A DNA stretch of 29,046 nt, taken from the IMG/VR virus record IMGVR_UViG_3300036944_000939; one strand, 5' to 3'. Position 1 is the first letter of the stretch, and each line of letters starts with the position of its first letter. Below the pieces are notes generated by a model, which ran no database searches, was not told the DNA's origin, and saw only the letters and a program-made list of their open reading frames with translations. This DNA is from a virus. A program made the position numbers and the translations under genes. Below are positions 7,479 to 15,291 of the stretch, piece by piece.

Positions 7479-7685
7479 ATGGACGAACAAAAAAACAGCG
7501 TTATAAGCCCACGTGATGAAGTCGAGGAAGTTGCCCAAGTTATAAGTTTTCTTGGGCGCGTGATCGGCGCTGTTGCACTGGATGATTATGAGCGGGTGGG
7601 GGCGCAGGTAGTGGCCGAGTGGTCGGCCGAACGGCTGCGGAATTGCTCCGCAGCGATGGGTCAGGCGGGCAGCGCGCCCAGTTGA
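7479..7685 (+). CDS. Possible small acidic protein (uncertain)
   Basis: 68 aa from ATG 7479, GGAG 9 nt upstream. The 5' half uses AT-rich codons. The 3' part overlaps two hairpins and 25 nt of ogr, which argues against coding. Confidence 0.25.
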   Translation: MDEQKNSVISPRDEVEEVAQVISFLGRVIGAVALDDYERVGAQVVAEWSAERLRNCSAAMGQAGSAPS

Positions 7686-7918
7686 TCGAACAGCTGGCGC
7701 TGTTGTGCCGGCGGGAGTTGGCGGAGGCGGTCGAACAGCAACTGGTCGATGGCCCCCGCAGCAGGCCGAAGGGCATGCGAGTAGGTCAGATTCATCACGA
7801 AAGTGTGCCCACACTTAGGGTCAAGGCACTGGCAGTACAGGCGGGCAAATTCCACCGACAGTTCGTCGCGTGACCCGATCCGGGCTTTCCCCCCACATTC
7901 CTTGCAGTAGATCCGCAA
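7661..7918 (-). CDS. ogr: Ogr/Delta-family zinc-finger late transcription activator
   Basis: CKEC-X22-CLDPKC fits the CX2C-X22-CX4C pattern of P2 Ogr. TTG start at 7918 is preceded by GGGGGAGGGGG. The alternative ATG at 7987 overlaps the portal end. Confidence 0.85.
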   Translation of the reverse strand: MRIYCKECGGKARIGSRDELSVEFARLYCQCLDPKCGHTFVMNLTYSHALRPAAGAIDQLLFDRLRQLPPAQQRQLFDQLGALPA

Positions 7919-7970
7919 CGTTTCCCCCTCCCCCGAAGGTGTTCGCTCGGACACTATTCTGCCACAACAT

Positions 7971-8975
7971 CTAGTGGCTAACTGCATCAGCGAACCCAAC
8001 CCGTCGATCTTGGCGCAGCACCGCATTGACCTGCAGGAACAGCTGGCAGATCGGCCGGATCTCGTTGTTGGTGTACACCCTGTCGATCTTTTCGATATCG
8101 CCGAAGCCGCCGGCATTCTCCGGCATGATCCCCGCCAGGGCGGGATTCATGCGCCAGGCCGCGATCACGTCCGCCCGGGTGATGTTCTTCACCCGCTCGA
8201 ATTCGTCTTTGGTGGCCACGTCGCCCACGGGGATGATCTGAATGGCTTTCTCGCCGCCGTTGGGGATGTTGACGAACATCGAGCGGAAATTGCCCACGCC
8301 CTTGCTCGCGCTGATCTGCGCTTTCAGGGCTTCCTCGTCGTCTTCGGATAGGTCGGGATCGTTGGTGTAGAAAATGAACCCAGCGTGCGCGCCGTTGTTG
8401 TAGTAGCGACGGCGGAACAGGGTGGCGGACTCATTCAGCAGCAGCGAATGCAGGCCGCCCAGGTAGTCGGGCACGCCGTACACGTCCTGTTCCACGTCGT
8501 AGTCCATGACGTGTTCCACCTCGTCTTCGGCAAAGTGCAGTTCCTGCCCGTTGGGCAGCAGCATCACGAAGCCGCCACCCACTTTGCGCCGCATGTTGAT
8601 TGCCGGCAGGTGCCGCAGCTCAAGCACCTGGCCGATGATGTTGCGCAGGCGCTGAAAGTACGCCTCACCGAACACCATAAAGTCGAGCGCGGCGCGCCCC
8701 ATTGTCTGCGCGCTGCAGCCGGCCGAGGGGATGAAGTCACGGAGCAGCAGGTTGCGCTTGAAGCGCGGAATGGTGCCGTGGTGGGCGTTGGCGCGCAGTA
8801 GCCTGGCCAGCCCGGTGCGCGACACCGGGGGCGTGTAAATGCGCCCGTCGTCGCTGGCGAACACGCCCAGGTACTCGCCCATGTTGCTGGCCAGTACCGA
8901 TTCCGGAGCCCCGAACGTGAAGGCCCGCACGTGCTTGGATGGTTGCGCCTGATGTTGCTGCGTTTGCTCTGCCAT
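7971..8975 (-). CDS. Portal protein (P2 gpQ-like)
   Basis: 334 aa. Size, sequence character and position immediately downstream of the large terminase match the P2 Q-P arrangement. Confidence 0.9.
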   Translation of the reverse strand: MAEQTQQHQAQPSKHVRAFTFGAPESVLASNMGEYLGVFASDDGRIYTPPVSRTGLARLLRANAHHGTIPRFKRNLLLRDFIPSAGCSAQTMGRAALDFMVFGEAYFQRLRNIIGQVLELRHLPAINMRRKVGGGFVMLLPNGQELHFAEDEVEHVMDYDVEQDVYGVPDYLGGLHSLLLNESATLFRRRYYNNGAHAGFIFYTNDPDLSEDDEEALKAQISASKGVGNFRSMFVNIPNGGEKAIQIIPVGDVATKDEFERVKNITRADVIAAWRMNPALAGIMPENAGGFGDIEKIDRVYTNNEIRPICQLFLQVNAVLRQDRRVGFADAVSH

Positions 8976-10797
8976 GGCTGCCCTGTTCGAGTGTCGAGTA
9001 GCGGCTGCGACGCCGCTTGTTGGTGTTTAGGGGTTCGTGTGCCAGCGCGTGCATCACAGCCCAGGCCACGTCGGCGTGGCCGGTGGCATCGGTGCGTGAC
9101 GCGCTGTAGGTGATCTGGCCGCTGGCCGTGGCCCCGCGCTTGATCGTGAGGAAGGCGGCCGCGATATCGTTCCAGCCGGCGTCCCATTCGATGCGGCTGC
9201 CCTGGATCGTGTCCTGTGCTTTCAGTACCAGCGTGTTTTTGGTTTCGAGGCTGTAGTGGATCGGCGTGGCGCGCGGGAAGAAGTCGCGCACCAGATCGAA
9301 CACCCCATAGCCCACCCCGGTGATGTCGATCCCGATGTGCTGCACGTTGAAGCGCTCGCACAGCTTCTTGACCTGGGCGGCCTGGTAGGTGAACGAATGC
9401 CCCCGCCAGCTGTGCTTCTCCAGAATCCGGAACCGCGCCCCGGGCTCCAAAGGCGGGGCCACCACCACGCAGGTGGCATCGTCGCGGGTGCGGCTGGGAT
9501 CGTAGCCAAGCCACACCGGGCTGTTGCCGAAAGGCCGCTCTGCCTTCGGATCCGGATCGTAGTCAGCCCACAGGCTCTGGTCTGAGTAGCAGCGTTCGAG
9601 GTCGGCCAGGGTGAAGACGCTTTGCGTGCTGTCGATGAATTTGCACATGTACAGCTGGTCGAAGCGGTCTTCGTCGTTTTCGAGGCGCAGGCGGTCGATA
9701 TCGAACAGATCACAGCCGCCGGCTGCCGCGTCTTCAATGGTGATTTTCTTGCGCCACTGGCCATCCGGACACAGCGCGCCCTTGTGAATGGCGGCCTCGC
9801 TCGGCCAGTCCTGCCCCAACTTTTTGCCGCGCTTGCTGTTGCGGAATTCCTCGCCCGTCCAGAACGGGTACGCCTGGTGTGTGACGGCGCTGGGTGTAGA
9901 AAAGTAGGTTTTGCGCCACTTCTTATGCGAGGCCATGGCCCCGGCCAGGTTGTTCAGCTTCTCGAAGTCGCGGATCCAGAAATATTCGTCAATGTAGACG
10001 TGGCCATGGTGGCCCTGGGCGGTGCTGCTGTTGGTGGAGAGAAAACGCAGCTCGGCCCATGGCTTGCCGTCTTTGCTCAACACAATGGGATTGCCGGTCA
10101 GCTGCAGGCCGAACCATTCAGCGGCAAAGGCAATGATGTAGCTGCGGAAAATCTCGGACTGCGCGCGGCTGGCAGACAGGAACATCTGGTTGTCACCGGT
10201 CAGCACCGCGTCCATGAACGCTTCGGCGGCAAAGTAGTAGGTCAGGCCCACCTGCCGGCTTTTCAGGATGTTGCGGATCCGCGCGGTAAGCGGGTTTTTC
10301 TTCGCCTCGAACAGCTCCAGCTGATAGCCGAACATCTTGCTGGTGAACTTCTCCAGAAAGTCCACTTCGCCCAGGCCGGTGACGTCGTTCTTCGGTTTCT
10401 TCTCCCGGCGCTGTTCGCCCCGCTCGCCCTTGCTACGGCGTCCACCGCGCTGCCCTTCGCCACCCTCGCCCCGCTCTGGCTGCGCCTCACTGGCGGCCGG
10501 GTGGGCAGGCTTGGCGCTCTGTTTCAGCAGACGCTCGCGGATGGTGGTCAGGCGGTCGAGTTCGTCCAGCTCGCCTTTGGCCAGGGTGCCCTGCTTTTCC
10601 AGCAGCAGGGTGATGCGCCGGCTGACGGCGGTCACCGGTTCTTCGTCCGTCAGCATCTCGTCCCAACCGCCACGGGCGATCCAGTAATAGACGATCCGGA
10701 CGTTGGGCAGCTTGAGCTGGGCCTGAATTTCGCGCGGCTTGCAGCGGCGCAGATACAGGCGCTTAGCGGTTTCTTTAACTTCGACTGAGTAGGGCAT
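8737..10797 (-). CDS. Terminase large subunit (P2 gpP-like) with a C-terminal extension overlapping the portal gene
   Basis: 686 aa from ATG 10797 (TTG 10818 alternative). N-terminal HTH-like KRLYLRRCKPREIQAQL. The first in-frame stop is at 8737, 239 nt inside the portal gene. Confidence 0.85.
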   Translation of the reverse strand: MPYSVEVKETAKRLYLRRCKPREIQAQLKLPNVRIVYYWIARGGWDEMLTDEEPVTAVSRRITLLLEKQGTLAKGELDELDRLTTIRERLLKQSAKPAHPAASEAQPERGEGGEGQRGGRRSKGERGEQRREKKPKNDVTGLGEVDFLEKFTSKMFGYQLELFEAKKNPLTARIRNILKSRQVGLTYYFAAEAFMDAVLTGDNQMFLSASRAQSEIFRSYIIAFAAEWFGLQLTGNPIVLSKDGKPWAELRFLSTNSSTAQGHHGHVYIDEYFWIRDFEKLNNLAGAMASHKKWRKTYFSTPSAVTHQAYPFWTGEEFRNSKRGKKLGQDWPSEAAIHKGALCPDGQWRKKITIEDAAAGGCDLFDIDRLRLENDEDRFDQLYMCKFIDSTQSVFTLADLERCYSDQSLWADYDPDPKAERPFGNSPVWLGYDPSRTRDDATCVVVAPPLEPGARFRILEKHSWRGHSFTYQAAQVKKLCERFNVQHIGIDITGVGYGVFDLVRDFFPRATPIHYSLETKNTLVLKAQDTIQGSRIEWDAGWNDIAAAFLTIKRGATASGQITYSASRTDATGHADVAWAVMHALAHEPLNTNKRRRSRYSTLEQGSHGRANAATSGATIQARAGLHVRGSGIGTGQQHGRVPGRVRQRRRAHLHAPGVAHRAGQATARQRPPRHHSALQAQPAAP

Positions 10798-10840
10798 GGG
10801 CCGCAGTCTATGCGGCAAAAAGGCCCGGAACGCGGCCTGT

Positions 10841-10857
10841 TATTCCTTACTATTCCT
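10841..10857. promoter_or_regulatory. Direct TATTCCT repeats in the divergent late-promoter gap
   Basis: TATTCCT at 10841-10847 and 10851-10857, 10 bp apart, in the AT-rich gap between the terminase and scaffold genes. Confidence 0.35.
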
Positions 10858-10918
10858 ATTTTTATCAGCTAGTTACAGATCAAAATTAAAGCGTTTGTTT
10901 AGGTGTTGGGCGGTGCCT

Positions 10919-11842
10919 ATGGTGGGGGCTACTGAACCCACACCAAGCGAACAGACGCCCATGCCCCGAACCCTTGTCAGCGACTGGAAACGAGTCGCCA
11001 CCAGCGGCAAAACCATCGACGGTCGCACCATCGACGTGCAGGAACTGCGCGACATGGCCGAGACCTACGACCCGGCCACCTACACCGCGACAATCTGGTA
11101 CGAACACATCCGCTACATGGGCAGCCTGGGCACTGTGGCCGCTCTGAAAGCCGAGGACGTGGAAGACGGCAAGGTCGCCCTGTTCGCCCAGCTCAAACCC
11201 AATGACCGCCTGCTGCAGCTGAACAAGGAAGCGCAAAAGCTGTTCACCAGCGTGGAGATCCAGCCGAACTTCGCCGACAGCGGCAAGGCGTACCTGGGCG
11301 GCCTGGCGGTGACCGATGAGCCGGCCAGCCTGGGCACCCAGGAACTGCACTTCTCCCGCCGCGCTACCGCCGGCAACCACTTTGCCAACCTCGAACCGCT
11401 GGGCGATCTGTCCACTGTCGATTCCGACGAAGCCGCCGCTGTGTCCCTGCTGGCCCGCCTGTTCAAGCACCTGTCCGGCCAGGGCAGTTCCGAATCCCCC
11501 GCAACCCCCAATGACGAGAGCACCCCAATGGATCCGAAAACCGTAGAGGCCTTCACGGCTGCGGTGGACAAGCTCGGCACCGTGGCTTCCAGCCTGGAAA
11601 AGAGCGCCGCCCACTTTGCAGCCCAGCCTGCCGCGCCGGCAGCTGCCGCAGCGCCTGCTGCTGAGCCCGCCCAGGGCGAAGGCGAGCAAATCGCAGCCGT
11701 CAACGCTGAGCAGTTCGCCAAGCTGCAGGAAGGCCTGGAAGGCCTCACCAAGATGTTCAACACCGCGCTGAACCAAGGCCAGGGCAAAGACGTGCCCGCG
11801 ACCACTGGCGCCCACGACACCCAAACCGAGGCCGTGTACTGA
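10919..11842 (+). CDS. Capsid scaffolding protein (P2 gpO-like)
   Basis: The core (WKRVATSGKTIDGRTI...VEIQPNFADSGKAYLGGLAVTDEPASLGT) parallels P2 gpO. Start is ATG 10919 or 10961. Confidence 0.88.
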   Translation: MVGATEPTPSEQTPMPRTLVSDWKRVATSGKTIDGRTIDVQELRDMAETYDPATYTATIWYEHIRYMGSLGTVAALKAEDVEDGKVALFAQLKPNDRLLQLNKEAQKLFTSVEIQPNFADSGKAYLGGLAVTDEPASLGTQELHFSRRATAGNHFANLEPLGDLSTVDSDEAAAVSLLARLFKHLSGQGSSESPATPNDESTPMDPKTVEAFTAAVDKLGTVASSLEKSAAHFAAQPAAPAAAAAPAAEPAQGEGEQIAAVNAEQFAKLQEGLEGLTKMFNTALNQGQGKDVPATTGAHDTQTEAVY

Positions 11843-11843
11843 T

Positions 11844-12863
11844 ATGAGCCTGAGCAATGCAGCCCGCTTGAAATTCAGCGCCCTGGCCGTCGCCATCGCC
11901 GCCACCTATGGCGTGCAATCGGCCCGCGAGGAATTCAACGTCACGCCATCCCTGGCGCAGACCCTGAACGAAAAGATCACCCACAGCTCGTCTTTCCTGC
12001 AGCGGATCAACGTGATCCCGGTCAGCGAGATCAAGGGCCAGAAGGTCATGCTGGGCCTGACTGGGCCCGTCACCGGCCGCACCAACACCAACAACGCCGA
12101 CCGGGTGCCGCGCAATGCGGCCAGCCTGGACGGCCAGGGCTATGAGCTGTTCGAGACGCACAGCGACGTGGCGCTGAAATTCGCCACCATCGACGCCTGG
12201 GCCAAGTTCCCCAACTTTCCGCAGCGCTATGCCGCCGCCGTGCAGAAACAGATCGGCCTCGACCGCATCATGATCGGCTGGAACGGCACCAGTGTGGCCG
12301 CCACCAGCGACCCGGTGGCCAACCCCCTGCTGCAGGACGTGAACAAGGGCTGGCTGCAGATTGCCCGCGAGCAGGCCCCGGAACAGGTGCTGACCGAAGG
12401 CACCAAGGTCGCCGGCAAGATCCAGATCGGCGCGACTGGCGACTACGCCAACCTCGACGCCCTGGTGCATGACGTGTCGCTGATGATCGAGGAAGAACAC
12501 CGCGACGGTGGCGACCTGATTGCCATCATCGGCCGCGATCTGCTGGCCAATGACAAGGCCAAGCTGTACGCCAAGCAGGGCGACACCCCGACCGAAAAAG
12601 AGCGCGTGGAAATGGCCCAGGTGGTTGCCACCTACGGCGGCCTGCCGGCGTACACCTGCCCGTTCTTCCCGAGCAAGGGCGTGGTGGTTACCAGCTTCGA
12701 CAACCTGTCGATCTACTTTCAGGACAGCAGCTGGCGTCGCCACATCAAGGAAAACCCGAACCGCTCGCAGACCGAGGACTTCAACGCCCGAAACGAAGGC
12801 TACGTGATCGAGCAGCTGGGCAAGTTCGCGGCTATCGAAGCCGCCGCCGTGGAGTTCGTATAA
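11844..12863 (+). CDS. Major capsid protein (P2 gpN-like)
   Basis: 339 aa. Blocks such as FLQRINVIPVSEIKGQK and NPLLQDVNKGWLQ parallel P2 gpN. The gene follows the scaffold gene. Confidence 0.93.
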   Translation: MSLSNAARLKFSALAVAIAATYGVQSAREEFNVTPSLAQTLNEKITHSSSFLQRINVIPVSEIKGQKVMLGLTGPVTGRTNTNNADRVPRNAASLDGQGYELFETHSDVALKFATIDAWAKFPNFPQRYAAAVQKQIGLDRIMIGWNGTSVAATSDPVANPLLQDVNKGWLQIAREQAPEQVLTEGTKVAGKIQIGATGDYANLDALVHDVSLMIEEEHRDGGDLIAIIGRDLLANDKAKLYAKQGDTPTEKERVEMAQVVATYGGLPAYTCPFFPSKGVVVTSFDNLSIYFQDSSWRRHIKENPNRSQTEDFNARNEGYVIEQLGKFAAIEAAAVEFV

Positions 12864-12865
12864 CC

Positions 12866-13633
12866 ATGATCAGCCCGGCACTTGCCCACAAGCAGCGCAT
12901 GCTTGAGCAAGGCCGGTCTGCCAGCCGTGCGGTGGCGTACAGCCCCGCAGCGGCCCTGGCAGGCCCGGCCAACGCGCAGAAACACCTGGCGCTGATGACT
13001 TCGGCCCTGGCCGAGGATCTGGCGCGCCTTTCCGATATGAATTCGATGGCCGACCGCCAGACCCTCAAGCGGGACGAGCTGCTGCCCAAGTACCTGGACT
13101 ATGTGCAGCGCTACCGCGAGTCGGGCCTGAACCACCCCAATCAGGTGCTGATGCAGGTGCTGGTCTGGCTGTTCGACACCGAGCAGTTCGAGGCAGGCCT
13201 GGATCTGGCGCTGTTCGCCATCGAGCAGGGCCAGGAAATGCCCGCCCGCTTCAAGCGCGACGTGCCCACCTTTGTGGCTGACGCTCTGATCGACTGGGCC
13301 GAAGCCGAGCACAAGGCCAAGCGCAGCCCCGAGCCGTACCTGTCGCAGCTGATGCCCTACGTGGACGGCTACTGGGCCGAGATCACCGCCGAAGAAGGCA
13401 CCCAGCTGCCGACGGCCTGGAAGCTGTTCGAGCGCATCCCGGCGCGCTTCCACAAGCTGCTGGGGATCCTCGCCATGGAAACCGAGCAGTGGGCGGACGC
13501 CATCGACCACTTCGAGCGAGCGACCGCGCTTTATCCGGAAATCGGCGTGAAAACCCGTTCGGACGATGCCGCCAAGGCCCTGCGCAAGCAGCAAGCCGAG
13601 CAGGCCAAGGCCGACGAAAACCCGACCACCTAA
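12866..13633 (+). CDS. Terminase small/endonuclease subunit (P2 gpM-like)
   Basis: 255 aa. Position after the capsid gene and general similarity to gpM. Confidence 0.8.
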   Translation: MISPALAHKQRMLEQGRSASRAVAYSPAAALAGPANAQKHLALMTSALAEDLARLSDMNSMADRQTLKRDELLPKYLDYVQRYRESGLNHPNQVLMQVLVWLFDTEQFEAGLDLALFAIEQGQEMPARFKRDVPTFVADALIDWAEAEHKAKRSPEPYLSQLMPYVDGYWAEITAEEGTQLPTAWKLFERIPARFHKLLGILAMETEQWADAIDHFERATALYPEIGVKTRSDDAAKALRKQQAEQAKADENPTT

Positions 13634-13729
13634 CCGACTACCCCCCCCAGCGGGGGCCTGCCGAAGCCATGGCCTTGTGCCAATGCCTGAAAGCAGCCAC
13701 CCCCGCCCCTATTCGATGGACGGCCAGCA

Positions 13730-14191
13730 ATGAGCTTTTCCGGTAAACCCACCACCCTGGTGGAGCGCGCAATTCCCAACGACGGGTTCTGGCCCGACCT
13801 GGGCGTGAGCGAGTTCCAGACCGGCTACCGCCTGCCGGCGGAATACGTGGTGGATCTGCTGGCCGACGGGATCACCAACGCCATGGGCGAGGTGAACCGC
13901 GACCTGGCCAAGCGCAAAGCCGCGTGGCAGGCCGCTGGCATCAGCAACGTGGAAACCGCCGACACGCAGGTACTGCCGGAACGTACCTTCTACGCAGCCA
14001 CCTACAAGCGCGCCGTGTACTGCCGCGCCAAGGCCTACCTGCTGCAGCAGTTCGCCACCGTCAACCGCCGCGAATCCGCCGAAAACCTGGCCAAGGAAAG
14101 CACCGAAACCCACGAGGTGTTCCTGTCTTTCAGCCAGCAGGCGGTGCGCCTGATCCAAGGCCGTGGCCGCATCACGGCGGTGCTGCTGTGA
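13730..14191 (+). CDS. Head completion/stabilisation protein (P2 gpL-like)
   Basis: 153 aa. Synteny after gpM, with gpL-like sequence character. Confidence 0.8.
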   Translation: MSFSGKPTTLVERAIPNDGFWPDLGVSEFQTGYRLPAEYVVDLLADGITNAMGEVNRDLAKRKAAWQAAGISNVETADTQVLPERTFYAATYKRAVYCRAKAYLLQQFATVNRRESAENLAKESTETHEVFLSFSQQAVRLIQGRGRITAVLL

Positions 14192-14643
14192 ACAAGCTGC
14201 GCGCACTCACCAGCCACCTGATCGAGCGCCGGCTAGTGCTGCCGGAACAGCTGGACAGCTGGGCCGAGCAGGTGACCCTGCCCTTGTACTGGAAGCCCAG
14301 CGAGCAGGGCCTGCACATGGGCGACATGCGCTACCGCGCGGTGATCGTGCTGGAGCGCTTCGCCGACCACCCCGGCCGCCTGATGGCGCTGGTGGGTTCC
14401 TGGCTGGAAGCCAACGACCCGGGCCGAGAGGATGACGCGCTGCCGGCCCCCACTTTCGAGATTGATCAGCTGGACGCTGACACCGCCGACGTGGAGCTGC
14501 AGCTGGACTTCATCGAGCCGCAGCACCTGGCCGAAGATCCGGATGGCGAGATTGAAGCCTTCGGCAAGCGCTGGGCGTTCGTGCCGTTCGATCTGTGGAT
14601 TGCCGACGACGGGAGGGTGACCGATGGCCACACCGACCGTTGA
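14188..14643 (+). CDS. Tail completion protein (gpR-like)
   Basis: 151 aa from GTG 14188, with a GTGA overlap on the gpL stop. Position and size fit gpR. Confidence 0.65.
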   Translation: MNKLRALTSHLIERRLVLPEQLDSWAEQVTLPLYWKPSEQGLHMGDMRYRAVIVLERFADHPGRLMALVGSWLEANDPGREDDALPAPTFEIDQLDADTADVELQLDFIEPQHLAEDPDGEIEAFGKRWAFVPFDLWIADDGRVTDGHTDR

Positions 14644-15280
14644 TTTTGACGTGCGCGGCATGTTGGACGCGCAGCAGACCCTGGAGCTGTTGAGCCTGCC
14701 GGCGTCCAAGCGCCGCCGGCTGCTGAACAACGCCGCCAAGCGTGTGCGCACCCGCAACCGCAAGCGCATCAGCGAGCAGCGCAACGTCGACGGGACGCCC
14801 TTCGAGGCCCGCAAGGCGGGTGGCAAACGCAAGATGATGCGCGGCCTGGGCAAAACCCTGCAGGTGGTCAGCCTGACCGCCGACGAGGCGGTGCTGGGCT
14901 GGGGCAACCGGCTGGTGGCGCGCATTGCCGCCGACCACCAGCACGGCCGCCCGGAAACCATGAGCGCCGCGCGGATGCGCCGGCTGGGCAAAACCCCCGA
15001 CTACAACGCCCCGGCCACCCGCCATCAGGCCCGCGCCCTGCTGAAAGCTGGCTACCGGATCCGCAACGGCAAGCGTTGGAAGCGCCCTTCCAACGGATGG
15101 ATTCAGGAAAACCTCACCAGCGGCAGGGCGGGGCTGATCCTCGCCAAGCTGGCCGGCGACACCAAGAAACAGCGCTGGCAGATCGAACTGCCAGCCCGCG
15201 CCGTACTGGGCGCAGACACGCAGGACGTGCGCGAAATCGTGCGCACGGTACTGCAGCAAACCCTCAACGCACCCCGATAG
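14624..15280 (+). CDS. Virion morphogenesis / tail completion protein (gpS-like)
   Basis: 218 aa, basic. It overlaps the upstream gene by 20 nt and precedes the sheath gene. Confidence 0.7.
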   Translation: MATPTVDFDVRGMLDAQQTLELLSLPASKRRRLLNNAAKRVRTRNRKRISEQRNVDGTPFEARKAGGKRKMMRGLGKTLQVVSLTADEAVLGWGNRLVARIAADHQHGRPETMSAARMRRLGKTPDYNAPATRHQARALLKAGYRIRNGKRWKRPSNGWIQENLTSGRAGLILAKLAGDTKKQRWQIELPARAVLGADTQDVREIVRTVLQQTLNAPR

Positions 15281-15291
15281 CGAGGCCTCGC

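Noticed and set aside
8564-9764. Alternative-frame minus-strand ORFs (8564-9514 and 9222-9764) inside the terminase and portal genes
   Set aside because: They are Arg/Pro/Ala-rich off-frame products of genes with clear identities.
10886-11905. 339-aa minus-strand ORF opposite the scaffold gene, and similar ORFs at 11757-12743, 12800-13594, 14233-15259, 19682-20617 and 25458-26240
   Set aside because: All are antisense to syntenic structural genes with recognisable families. None has coupled starts or motifs.
13641-13656. CCCCC-agc-GGGGG hairpin between the small terminase and head completion genes, as a possible terminator
   Set aside because: The stem is short and no T-run follows. It is probably only a local structure within a continuous late transcript.
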